Below, in pieces: positions 21,001-31,950 of a stretch of DNA of 64,000 nucleotides. Numbering within the stretch: position 1 is the first letter of the stretch; each line of letters starts with the position of its first letter. The translations under genes were made by a program, and so were the position numbers. This DNA comes from Felis catus (Eukaryota): NCBI RefSeq assembly GCF_018350175.1, contig NC_058373.1:5580001-5644000 (forward strand). Reading direction: 5' to 3'. The notes beneath the pieces are model-generated. The model worked only from the letters and a program-made list of their open reading frames with translations, made no database searches and was not told where the DNA came from.

Positions 21001-21737
21001 ACAAATTTGGAATAACATGTAAAGCCAGGGGCTAGGACAAAGGACCCAGGGCTAAGATGACACCAGAGGGCTAAAAATACAAGTAAAGATATACTGATCA
21101 GTTGAATCCATAGAAAATGCATTTGGTCATATTTATAAAGTGAACCAGTAGGCAAAAAGCATTATGGACGAATAAAGAAGAATAATTTAGAGTGATCAAT
21201 CAGTAGTGAGTGTGTGACAGGATCAAACCTTTACAGGAAAACCAGGAGAAAGGGGACACCGGTTGCACGTCTATCTTGCGCCAGGCACGTTCTAAGTTTT
21301 CTCTAGTGACCCGGACGAGTCTGTGAGGTGGGTATCACCCTGGGACAAAGGTGAGAGATTAGGTTTTAAGGGCTGACGAGGTGCTTGAATTCCAGCCCTA
21401 GCATTCACTAGGAATGTGACCTTGAGCCCTGAGAATGAAGTCCACTTCCTCACCGCGGGCTCTGGGCTCTCAAGCCTTAGCTGTGCCTCTCTCTCTCACA
21501 CCTCTCTCTGCTCTTCACTCTTACTGGACTTGTTTCTGCTCAGGGCCTTGGTGTCTTCTGTGCTTCCTGCCTACAACACCCTTTTCCCAGATTTTCTTCA
21601 CATGGCTGGGTTTTTCAGGTCTCAGATCAAATGTCACTGCCTCAGAGAAGGCTTGTGTGGCCATCCTACCTAATGTCCCAAGGGAAACAGGAAGAAAGAA
21701 ATAGTATTATAAGCAGGGAAATAAATGTCCTGGAACT

Positions 21738-22598
21738 TTAAAAATTTTTTTTAATTTTTTTTAAATTTAGAGACAGCATGAGCAGGGTAGGGGCAGAGAC
21801 AGAGGGAGGCACAGAATCTGAAGCAGGCTCCAGGCTCCGAGCTGTCAGCACGGAGCCCGACGTGGGGCCGGAACGCACGGACTGTGAGATCATGACCTGA
21901 GCTGAAGTCGGATGCCCAACCGACTGAGCCACCCAGGCGCCCCTGAACATAACTTAAAAAAAAAAAAAGAAATTCAACTAAGGGGAGCCTGGTGGTTCAG
22001 CTCAGGTCATGATCCCAAGGTCATGAGATCCAGCCCTGCATCGGGCTCTGTGCTGGGTGTGGAGCTTAAGATTGTCTCTTTCTTGGGGCGCCTGGGTGGC
22101 TCAGTCAGTTAAGCATCTGACTTGGGCTCAGGTCATGATCTCACGGTTTGTGCGTTCGAGCCCCATGTCGGGCTGTGTGCTGACAGCTCGGAGCCTGGAG
22201 CTGCTTCGGATTCTGTGTCTCCCTCTCCCTCTGCCCCTCCCCCAGTTGTGCTCTGTCTCTCTTTCTCTCAAAAATAAATAAAACATATAAAAAAATTGTT
22301 TAAAAAAAGATTCTTTCTCTCTCATAAATAAGTAAATAAATAAAATAATTTCACAGGAAACACTAGAAGCTACTTTTTTAAAAATTTATATTTTGAGAGA
22401 GACAGAGAGAGAGAGAGAGAGCACGTATGCAGGTGCAAGCAGGGGAAGGGCAGAGAGACAGGGGGACGAGGATCCAAACTGGGTTCCTCACTGACAGGCT
22501 GATGGTAGCAAGCCCAATGTGGGGCTTGAACTCACGAACCACGAGATCATGAGCTGAGCCAAGAAGTCGGACTTTCAACCAAGCCACCCAGGAGCCCC
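21738..22598. mobile_element. Cluster of four CanSINEs in mixed orientation (-,+,+,-)
   Basis: 21738-21943 (-), 21982-22083 (+), 22085-22345 (+), 22374-22598 (-). Confidence 0.82.
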
Positions 22599-23047
22599 TA
22601 GAAGCTATTGTTAAAAGCATTATCAGCAACTCAGGTTTTACACTGTTTCAAGAGTTGATCAGGCAAGGCAGGACGGTATGCTAACCAGGCTCAGAATGCC
22701 TATTTAATAACTTACAATGAGAAACGTGCCAAACGGCACAAAATGTTCATATTGGCTAATCAGTATAGTCCCTCCTCTATATAAAAATGTACCAGGAAGC
22801 AACATTATAATCAGAAGGCTGTTCAAAGAAGGGCTTAGCACCAAGTGAGGTGGCTGGGAGATCTATGTCACTGATGGTCACCACGGCACAGGGCCTATTT
22901 CCACATCTTCACTGTGAAGAGATAGTCTCACCATGAAGTCCAGGGACTGGCCTTGGCTGGCCAGTGCTCCCTCCCCTCAGTCTAGTACAGGAGACACTAG
23001 GACAGCTTCCTGTTTCCTGTCTATCCTTTTACTACCCAAAGATGAAT

Positions 23048-23089
23048 CCTTTTTTTTTTTTTAATTTTTTTCAACGTTTATTCATTTTT

Positions 23090-23133
<44 letters not shown>

Positions 23134-23297
23134 ACGAGTGGGAGAGGGGCAGAGATGGAGGGAGACACAGAATCCGAAGAGCACTCCAGGTTCTGAGCTG
23201 TCAGCACAGAGCCCAATGCAGGGCTCGAACTCACAGACTGCGAGACCATGACCTGAACTGAAGTCGGACGCTTAATGGACTGAGCCACCTAGGTGCC
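23048..23297 (-). mobile_element. CanSINE with long (GA)n
   Basis: Poly-T, (GA)n, head at ~23297. Confidence 0.85.
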
Positions 23298-24945
23298 CGA
23301 AAAATCCTTTCTTGCACAGGAAGAGCCAGCCTACTGTCAGGATGATCAGGTTGGGACTGGGCTACACTCCACTCACCTCGACTGGTTTTGGTGTTCTCAC
23401 TGCTCTGCAGCCCCCGCTTCTTGGAAGAGAACATTTCCACAATGGTGGGACTCACATGCTGATATAGTGAGTCTTACTAAAGTCACTCTCAGATAGATGA
23501 AGGCCTTATTCAGTGCTGGGGAAGTCACTCAGCAACATTTACTCAACAACTGCCACCTCTCAGATCCTGTAGATCGCAATTCTCCTAGCTCTTCACGGGG
23601 CTTACAGACAAGTAAGCCAAGTCAACATAAACTGCACTGGGGATTCTGTAAGTATAAGACTCCTAACCTAGTCTAGGGAAGCAGGAAAGGCTTCCCTGGG
23701 GCTAAGACGGAAGAGGAACTGAGAGCCAAGAGGAAGGGACAGAGGCTGAAGTCAGATTTCAGAGGGTCCTAGACTGGTTTTTAATCATTAGTTTTAAGCT
23801 GAAATCAACATGATCAGGCTTAGACTTCACAAAGATCAGCAAGCAGAATAAATCAGGAGAGTCAAGAACGAATTCCAACAAGTGTGTCAATTATACCTCA
23901 ATAAAGCTGAAAACTCCCACCTCCTCCTCTCAGGAACCTGTAATCCTCACCTTCTGGACTAGTGTAGGTTCGTTCATGCATGCATGCATCCAATTCGTTG
24001 AAGCCTTCTACGTGCCAAGCGTTTTCCTAGAGATTGAGAGGGGACAAGAGCAAACAGGTCACCCTCGGTCCTTACCGCCTCTGGAAGCGACGTGGGTCAG
24101 AAGAGAGCACGTCGGCTAGGGTAAGCAGTATGGCCATGGAGAGCCGTGAAAAGAGACTTAGACTGGGGTGACCTCTTTCAAAATGGAGCTTAGACAAGTC
24201 ACGGACCCCCCCCCCCACCCCGCACCGGACCTGTTCTCCCCATTTATAAAATGGGAACCTACCCTGCAGGGCCCTTGTGAAAACCGATCACTAAGCACGG
24301 CTCCCGGCACTCTGCGTACAGCCTCAGTGGGCCGCAAGGTTCTGTGATTTCTGGAGGTGGCATGCGGGCTGCAACACGTGCGGCGAGGGCACAGTGGTAC
24401 GAGCTGAATGAAAAAGCCCTCGCCGAGCGGATGCTTGGCCGGCAGCCTTCGGCCACGTAGCGATTCTCGAGGCTTCCCGGATATCCAGGCACCAGGTACT
24501 TCCCTGATGCCCCTACCGGGCCGCGCCCAAAGCCTCCGCCATCACCGACTGCAGTCGAACCGGACGCAACGCGACACTCGCCGCAAGATCCTATCCCAGC
24601 CATGGCGAGGCAGTGGCGTGCCGGACGCATGCGCAGTCCGCACGCCCGCGCGCGGCGGGCCCCGCCCCGTCCGCTTCAGAGGCGGGGTCGTGCGGGCTGG
24701 GCTCCGCCCCCAGAGCGTCCGGCCCCGCTCCGGGCCCCGCCTCCAGCTAGCCGCGGACCTCCCGAAGCGGGCCCGCTGAACCCGGCCGGGAGCGCCAGGG
24801 CGCTTTAAGGAGGGGGCGGGCCCGGGGGCGGTGGCCCCAGGAGCGGTTGCCGCGGGAACGGGGCGGTGACGCGGCCCGAGGGCGGAAGTGAAAAAGTTGC
24901 CGGCGCCCCGAGACAAGTTGGCGGAGTTCTGCGCGCTGCGCGGCG

Positions 24946-24996
24946 ATGGGGGGCTCGGGCAGTCGCCTGTCCAAGGAGCTGCTGGCCGAGTACCAG
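24946..24996 (+). CDS. CIB1: CIB1 exon 1 ([17 protein letters not shown])
   Basis: ATG 24946, donor CAG|GTGCGC. Confidence 0.93.
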
Positions 24997-27900
24997 GTGC
25001 GCGGGACGCCGGTCCCCGGGGAGTTTGCGCGCGGGCCTGCGCTGGGAGCGGGGTCCCGGGGCTGGGTACCGGGGCGGGCGGTAGGACGGGCGCGGCCTCC
25101 GGGAGGCCCGCTGAACCCCTCCCGTTTTGCTTTCCAGGACTTGACGTTCCTGACCAAGCAGGAGATCCTCCTGTAAGTGCCGTCTCGAACCTCAGCTCCC
25201 GGATCTTCTAGAGGCGACTTCGGGGGGCTCTGTCCACAGACGAGTTTAACAAAGGGTCCCCCAGGGGGAGGGACGGGGCCCGCGGCCGAGCAGGTGCCCG
25301 CGCCCCGGCCGCGAGCCCTCCCCGCCGGCTCAGGGGGCCCCGATGCGCACCGCAGAGCCACCCCGAAGCCTCCGCCCGGGCTGGGCGCTCCGGGGCCTGC
25401 GCTCCCTGGCTCCTGCGTTATCGAACTTCCTGCTCCAGCCCGGCGGGGGCTCGGCGGACTTCGCCTACCGGGAGCCCGGCCCCTCGTAACTTGACCTGAA
25501 TATATACAGTAACCGTTAACGCTTACTGAGCACTCGTCGTGCGCCAGCAACTGTGCGAAGTGCTTGCCTATATTACCTAATTCAATCCTTAGGAGGGAGG
25601 TGCGGGGGACAATGAATCAGGTTTCCGAAAAGTTTGTTTACTTGCCTAAGAGTATGCTCCAAGTGAGAGGATTTGAATTCGGGCTGGAAACCCCTTCCTA
25701 GCCGTGTGCCAGCTTTTTGTGGTGAAGGCGCTTGAGTGAGGCGATTCCTTGGCTTCTCTTGGCAAAAATAATCCCAGTGGGAAGGAGCTGGGGGCGGAGG
25801 AAGAGATCGTTTAGGTAGCTGCTAAAATGGAAGGCTTTGAGGAGCTGGAGATCCCTGGAGTGAAATGAAAGTGAGGTTTCGACTTTACTCTTTTCTCACT
25901 GTTTTTCAGGGCCAACTGCTGGCTCCTTCTGCACCCTCTCCATCCCTCTGGGAGCTCTAGAGCCAGTCCCAGTACAGTGCCTGGCACACAGTAGGCCCTC
26001 AGTAAATACCCATTGCATGAATGGACTCCCAGCCTGTAGTCTGGTGACATATCTCCCTTTGGCTTATGCCTGATGGCTGAGAAGCTCTGTGTATGTGGCT
26101 TAGCTTGTCACCTGGTTTATAATGGGTAACAAGGCGAGGAGTGGGGATGTGATACACACAGGAAGGTTTGCCAACAGGTTCCTCTCCTTCTGCCAGAGCC
26201 CACAGGCGGTTTTGTGAGCTGCTTCCTCAGGAGCACCGGAGCACGGAGGAGTCACTGCACACACGAGTGTCCTTGGAGCAGATCCTCAGCCTTCCAGAGC
26301 TCAAGGTGCCAGTCCCCCACCCTGCCTCTGCTATTCATCTTGAGATCATGTGGTCACTAGTCCCCCATTCTGGTCTTTCCTCCATTTAGTCCCAATTTCC
26401 TGGGGACAAGGGCTTTATCAAAATCACCCAGTGGAATTAACTAGAATGGTGCTTTTCAAACTGGGATTCTTGGACATATTATTGGAGAGTCAAGTAAGTT
26501 TTGTCCTTTATTATATTTTTTATTATTTTTTAATGTTTATTCATTTTTGAGAGAGAGACAGATAGAGTATGAGCAGGGCAGGGGGGCAGGGGGGGGGGTG
26601 CAGAGAGAGAGCAAGTCACAGAATCCAAAGCAGGCTCCAGGCTCTGAGCTGTCAGCACAGAACCTGATGCGGGGCTCGAACCCATGGACTGTGAGATCAT
26701 GACCTGGGCCGAAGTTGGCCGCTTAACCAACTCAGCCACCCAGGCACCCCTAAGTTTTGTCCTTTAAAAGGAGTTGAGGGGCGCCTGGGTGGCTCAGTTG
26801 GTTTAGCGTCCGCTCTTGATTTTGGCTCAGGTCATCTCACAACTTGTGAGTTCAAGCCCTGCGTCGGGCTCTGTCCTGACAGTGCAGAGCCTGCTTGGGA
26901 TTCTCTCTCTCTCCCTCTCTCTCTCTGTCCCTCCCCTGTTCTAGCTTTGTCTGTCTGTCTCTCTCTCTCAAAATAAATGAGCCTGAAAATAATAATAAAT
27001 AAATAAAAGGAGTTAAGTTTCTGTATTAAAGTTTGAGAAGCTCTATTCCAGAGGCCAAATGCCTCTCCACAGGGTTGCTGTGAAAATTTTTAGGCAAAGG
27101 GCCCGGCCTGGTGCCTATAACACAGTGAGTGTTCAAGTAAACGTGTTTTATAGTAACCAGCCCATCTTGTTCTCTGCTTAGGATGCTTTCATCTTCCTTC
27201 TCTGCCCCTAGGCCTGCTGTTGGGTCAAACTGACTCGGTTACAGCCGTCCCTGTCCCTTCCTCAGTCAGTTGGCTCTCCCACCCTCCGTGCTGGTCCCAA
27301 AACACTGAGCATGCTCTCCCGTGAGCCCAAGCTCATGGTACCGTGACCTACTCCCTCCAGTTCCTGGCAGGGTTTGAGGAGTGTGTGACCTGGGCTACAT
27401 CCCATGGTGTTCACAGAAGGCTCTCTTGCCTAGGCCAACCCCTTCAAGGAGCGAATCTGCAGAGTCTTCTCCACATCGCCAGCGAGGGACAGCCTGAGCT
27501 TCGAGGACTTCCTGGACCTCCTCAGTGTGTTCAGTGACACAGCGACTCCAGACCTCAAGTCCCACTATGCCTTCCGCATCTTCGGTGAGGGCCAGGAGCA
27601 GCCTGGCCTGACATGGCCTGCTCCCACATGGTCCTGGTGGTGGTGTTCCTGCTCGGGAGCCGGGGGTCTCTGTGGAGCCTTGGAACTCACACTGACCACA
27701 TACTTTCTGGCTTCCTGCGTCTGTCCATAGACTTCGATGATGATGGAACCCTGAACCGAGAAGACCTGAGCCAGCTCGTGAACTGCCTCACGGGCCCGGG
27801 CGAGGACACGCAGCTTAGTGCTTCAGAGATGAAACAACTCATTGACAACGTGAGTAGCCGGGCCGGGCCGGGCCAGGGAGCGGGAGGGGAGGGCTAGGAC

Positions 27901-28301
27901 TTGGCCTGAAGCTGTCCTTTCCCAGATCCTGGAAGAGTCCGACATCGATCGGGATGGCACCATCAACCTCTCAGAGTTCCAGCACGTCATCTCCCGCTCA
28001 CCAGACTTTGCCAGGTATGAGGTCACGGTCCCCCTGCGTTCTGGTTACCCCTGGGTCCCCGCCTGCTGCAGCTGGGCCTGGGATGTTGGGATGGGAGGTG
28101 GCAGCCGGGCTGAGAAGGCCCCAGTTCCTCTCAGCGTCTCAGGGCAGCTCTTCCAAAGGGGACGGACAGACGTGGGTCAGCCCATTCCAAAGGGTCTTAG
28201 GGAAGATGTGGGTAAGTTTGGGGTTAGTGTCTCCCCTCCTCTTCCAGCAGAAAACCCGAGCCACTTTTCTCTTGTTCAGCTCCTTTAAGATTGTCCTGTG
28301 A
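24946..28301 (+). CDS. CIB1: Calcium- and integrin-binding protein 1, complete spliced CDS (7 exons, 576 nt, 191 aa)
   Basis: Exons 24946-24996, 25138-25172, 26197-26305, 27434-27584, 27731-27849, 27926-28014, 28280-28301; myristoylation start [10 protein letters not shown]; EF-hand loops [12 protein letters not shown] and [12 protein letters not shown]; C-terminus SFKIVL*. Confidence 0.96.
25138..25172 (+). CDS. CIB1: CIB1 exon 2 ([11 protein letters not shown])
   Basis: TTCCAG|GAC...CT|GTAAGT. Confidence 0.93.
26197..26305 (+). CDS. CIB1: CIB1 exon 3 ([10 protein letters not shown]...LSLPELK)
   Basis: GCCAG|A...AAG|GTGCCA. Confidence 0.93.
26511..26750 (-). mobile_element. CanSINE, 16-bp TSD TAAGTTTTGTCCTTTA
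   Basis: TSD at 26495-26510 and 26751-26766. Confidence 0.9.
26778..27005 (+). mobile_element. CanSINE, TSD TAAAAGGAGTT
   Basis: TSD at 26765-26775 and 27004-27014. Confidence 0.9.
27434..27584 (+). CDS. CIB1: CIB1 exon 4 ([13 protein letters not shown]...HYAFRIF)
   Basis: CCTAG|GCC...G|GTGAGG. Confidence 0.93.
27731..27849 (+). CDS. CIB1: CIB1 exon 5 ([12 protein letters not shown]...KQLIDN)
   Basis: CATAG|AC...AAC|GTGAGT. Confidence 0.93.
27926..28014 (+). CDS. CIB1: CIB1 exon 6 ([18 protein letters not shown]...PDFA)
   Basis: CCCAG|ATC...AG|GTATGA. Confidence 0.93.
28280..28301 (+). CDS. CIB1: CIB1 exon 7 coding part (SFKIVL*)
   Basis: TTCAG|C TCC TTT AAG ATT GTC CTG TGA. Confidence 0.93.
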
Positions 28302-28515
28302 CAGGAGCCACAGCCATGTGTCCCAGCAAGCACCCTGCCCAAGAGCCTTTCCACTGCTGAGCTGTGGCCGAGGTCATGCCTGTGTTGCCAGGGCCGGCCG
28401 AGCTGGCCTAGCCCAGAGCTGGCACTGTGCAGTCCTGCTCCAGGCAGGGGAAGGCCCTCCATGGCGGGGCCTCTCCTGTCACTGTCATCGCTCTATTTGT
28501 GTTCTACTAATCTAT

Positions 28516-28521
28516 AATAAA
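28516..28521 (+). terminator. CIB1: CIB1 poly(A) signal AATAAA
   Basis: AATAAA 215 nt after the stop, followed by GT/T-rich sequence. Confidence 0.8.
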
Positions 28522-28644
28522 GGTGTAGATGTTTTGACCCTTTGCGTGATACTAGAAACACAGGTATGGGACAGGACTGGACTTCCAGGAACCTTTGGTC
28601 ATACTGGGAACAACAGGATTTAAAGGGCCAGTGGGGGTGGGGGT

Positions 28645-30225
28645 GGGGGCTGGGTGGCTCAGTCGGTTGAGCTTTCGACTTCAGCTCAGGTCATGATCTC
28701 GCATTTCATGGTTTCAAGCCCCACATTGGGCTCTCGCATTTCGTGGGTTCAAGGCCCACATCGGGCTCTGTGCAGAGCCTGGAGCCTGCTTCAGATTTTG
28801 TCTCCCTCTCTCTCTGTCCCTCCTCTGCTCTCTCTCTCTCAAAAATAAACAGACATGAAAAAAAAGTTTTTTAAAGGGGCAAGAGGAAGTGAGACTGTAG
28901 CTCACCTGGCCCACCCTCCACTGAGGGTGTGAGTATAAAGGGTAGCAGGACAGATGGAACCCCTCTATATCCTCATGGTGGTGGTGGTTACATGAATTTC
29001 TACACGTGTGAGAATTTACACAACTGTGTGCCAAAAGAAAAAAAACCATCAGTTTTACTGTATGATCGTTCAAAAAATAAAATTTTGGGGCACCTGGGCG
29101 GCTCCATCGGTTAAGCGTCCGACTTCGGCTCAGGTCATGATCTCACGGTTCATGAGTTCCAGCCCCGCATCGGGCTCTGTGCTGGCAGCTCGGAGCCTGG
29201 AGCCTGCTTCGGATTCTGCAATTCTCTCTCTGCCCTTCCCCCACTCGCACTCTTTCTCTCTCAAAAATAAAATGTTAGGGGTGCCTGGGTGGCGCAGTTG
29301 GTTAAGCGTCCGACTTCAGCCAGGTCACGATCTCGCGGTCCGTGAGTTCGAGCCCCGCGTCGGGCTCTGGGCTGATGGCTCGGAGCCTGGAGCCTGTTTC
29401 CGATTCTGTGTCTCCCTCTCACTCTGCCCCTCCCCCGTTCATGCTCTGTCTCTCTCTGTCCCAAAAATAAATAAATGTTAAAAAAAATAATAATAAAATG
29501 TTAAAAAAATTTTTTTTACACAAAAAAAAAATTGTAAAAAAATTTTGAAAACTAAGAAAATGACAAAACCCCTGATCCCCTGTGCTGTCACCCTGAATGG
29601 ACTGGGGAAGGTGCTGAGTAAAGGGGCTGAGGGAAAGCAAATGAGTTCCTTGCCCCCAACCCATCAGGGCATTACACTTCCCACCTTAAGGACCATACTC
29701 CACTGAGAGATGGAGTTAGCCAGGCCAGGCTGGTTCTGGCCCACTAGCCCCTGGAACGAGGAGGTTCAGAACCTTTCAGAACTCAGAGAACTAGACCAAC
29801 CTCAAAAAATAACAGTCCTTTGGGGTGCCTGGGTGGAGTGTCCCGACTCTCCATTTTGGCTCAGGTTATGATCTTGCAGTTCGTGAGTTCGAGCCCTGCA
29901 TCAGGCTCTGCACGGACAGGGCAGAACCTGCTTAGGATTCTCTCTCTGTCCCTCTCCTTCTTGTGTGCATGTGTGCATGCTCTCTCTCTCTCCCTCTCTC
30001 AAAATAAACAAACATTTAAAAAAAAAAAAAAAAGTAGGATCCCCTGGGTGGTTCAGGTCATGAGCCAGGTCATGATCTCACCGTTCATGAGTTTGAGCCC
30101 GAGTCGGGCTCTGTGCTGACAGCTCAGAGCCTGGAGCCTGTTTTGGATTCTGTGTCTCCCTCTCTCTCTGCCCCTCCCCCCTCACACTCTGTCTCTCTCA
30201 AAAAATAAATAAACATTAAAAAAAA
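28645..30225 (+). mobile_element. Five plus-strand CanSINEs between the CIB1 and SEMA4B 3' ends
   Basis: 28645-28865, 29086-29275, 29278-29500, 29821-30033, 30036-30225. Confidence 0.85.
28698..28767 (+). repeat. 35-bp imperfect tandem duplication inside a SINE
   Basis: CTCGCATTTC(A/G)TGG(T/G)TTCAAG(C/G)CCCACAT(T/C)GGGCT x2, 4 mismatches. Confidence 0.9.
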
Positions 30226-30285
30226 ATTTTTTTTAAGTCACAGTCCTTTAAGAGGAAAGGCCATGATTGTTTCTATTCTTTAGAT

Positions 30286-30291
30286 TTTATT
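30286..30291 (-). terminator. SEMA4B: SEMA4B poly(A) signal AATAAA
   Basis: TTTATT on + strand at the end of a ~0.9 kb 3' UTR with U-rich upstream tract; a SINE block begins just beyond. Confidence 0.7.
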
Positions 30292-31207
30292 TAAAAAAAG
30301 AAAAAAAAAGTAAAGTGCATCTCATTAAAAAAAAATATAAAACCCACATAAACTCAGGGCCCCTGTGTTGGGCAGTGTCCATATACCTTAGAATGGGGGC
30401 AGGCAAGGTACAGGGGATGGACTCTGGGCAGGACTAGGTTTAGGGGGGAGTCTGGGGTAGATGTGGGGAAAAGGGACACAGGTTTGCAGGCTGGGGTGGA
30501 GGAAGGCAGGCTTCCGAGAGAAAGGCGTCCATCGTCACAAACTCTCTCCCGGGCTCGCGCTGCCCCCTCTCACACGTGGCCACAGCCTGATACAGGCTGG
30601 AAAGGTCCAGCAGGTGAGCCGGAGCCCAGGGCCTTGGGAGGGCTGCGGGGGCGGTGTAGCACCCCCCCCTCCCCCCGGTCCCTGAGGTGATGGGATGATG
30701 GCTGTAATGGGCCGGCCAGCCGTCGAGGCAGGACGCACGGAGCCCGAGCCGGCCCTTGCCTCGGCAGAGACCAGGGGCAGCCGGTGGCGGCAGGCTAAGG
30801 CAGAAGGCGGAAGAGGCCAGCCGGTGGGGGTGCCCAGCTCTGTCTCAGACCACCACTTTGGGCGAATTCCCACGCCTCCGAGGCTGAGGCTGCGGGAGGG
30901 GCTGCGTGCGCGCCTGGGGCTCCGGGCTGTCTCCTCCTCACTCCTGTTTCACATTTTCCGTTGTTTAAACAAAGGGCTCAGTTTACACAGGGAGCGCTCT
31001 TCTGTCCATCGAGACAGGCCCCCATCTTCAGCTGGGACCTCCGGGGCCGCGGCTGTGGGTCGGAGGGGGCCTCGCTACGTGGCCCGCTCCATCGCTCACG
31101 AGGGTCGGGCGCCACAGTTGTGTTCCGCGAGAAGCGGAGGCCCGGCTGACCCCCTCTGAGCACTCACGGCCTCTGAAGCCAAGGTGGACTCCTCTAGAAG
31201 TCAGCTC

Positions 31208-31950
31208 TCACACCACGGAGTCCCGGATCTCAGAGCCCAGGCGGACCCGGGGCCGGGGGCACACCGGGGACACCTCCACAAAGCTGTCCTGGATGCTGAG
31301 CGGCCTCTTCTCGGACTCCGTGAAGACGCGGGGCCCCGGGGGGCTGTCTGACAGGGCCTGGTAGCCTCGGTGGTCGAGAGGGGTGCTAGGGGGGCCTACG
31401 CCGTTAAGCGGCCGGGTCTCAGGTGGCAGCGCCGTAGGGCGGGTCTTGGGGTGCACACTGGCACACTCCCCCTGCTTCAGGAAGACTTTCATGCCGCCCC
31501 GGTGCCGGTAGAGGAAGAATAAAATCAGGAGCACCACAGCGAACACGAAGAGCGCGCACATCACCAGGAACTCGGTCCAGTAGGACTTGTCCGCACCCCA
31601 GCTGGCCTTGCCGCCGGCCGGCGCGCTCACCCGCGACGTGCTGATGACGACGGGCACGCCGCCGCTCCGGTCTGCTCGGTCCGCGATCAGGTCCTCTACA
31701 ACCTTTGGGCAGTAATTGGCCACCAGCTGCCAGAAGCCCTCCTCCAGCGACCAGCACTGGAACACCCCCAGTTCCTGCTGGCTGCCCACCAGCAGCAGGT
31801 CCCCAGTAGGTAACACGCGGCAGGAGGCCGAGGCGTTGACGGGGGCCCCGTCGTGGAGCCAGAGCCGGGTGGCCAGGTTGGAGAGGAGGGGGCAGGCCAA
31901 CGTGTTCACCGTGTTGGGCTGAAACTGGACCCGCTCACACGGCTTCTCGC
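31208..31950 (-). CDS. SEMA4B: SEMA4B last coding exon (Ig-like, TM, cytoplasmic tail)
   Basis: GTAG|GC GAG AAG...[26 protein letters not shown]...EIRDSVV TGA. Confidence 0.94.

Larger units (their letters stand above)
24280..25500. promoter_or_regulatory. Bidirectional CpG-island promoter shared by CIB1 (+) and GDPGP1 (-)
   Basis: CpG-dense; NRF1-like ACGCATGCGCA 24625-24635, GC boxes ~24660 and ~24681, ETS CGGAAGTG 24883-24890, X-box GTTGCCGCGGGAAC 24846-24859; head-to-head gene layout. Confidence 0.75.

Noticed and set aside
20393-21004. 203-aa minus-strand ORF ending in poly-His
   Set aside because: Lies in a decayed L2-like/microsatellite region; the His run comes from a (GGT)n repeat
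24747-25550. 267-aa minus-strand ORF antisense to CIB1 exons 1-2
   Set aside because: CpG-island shadow ORF without recognisable homology
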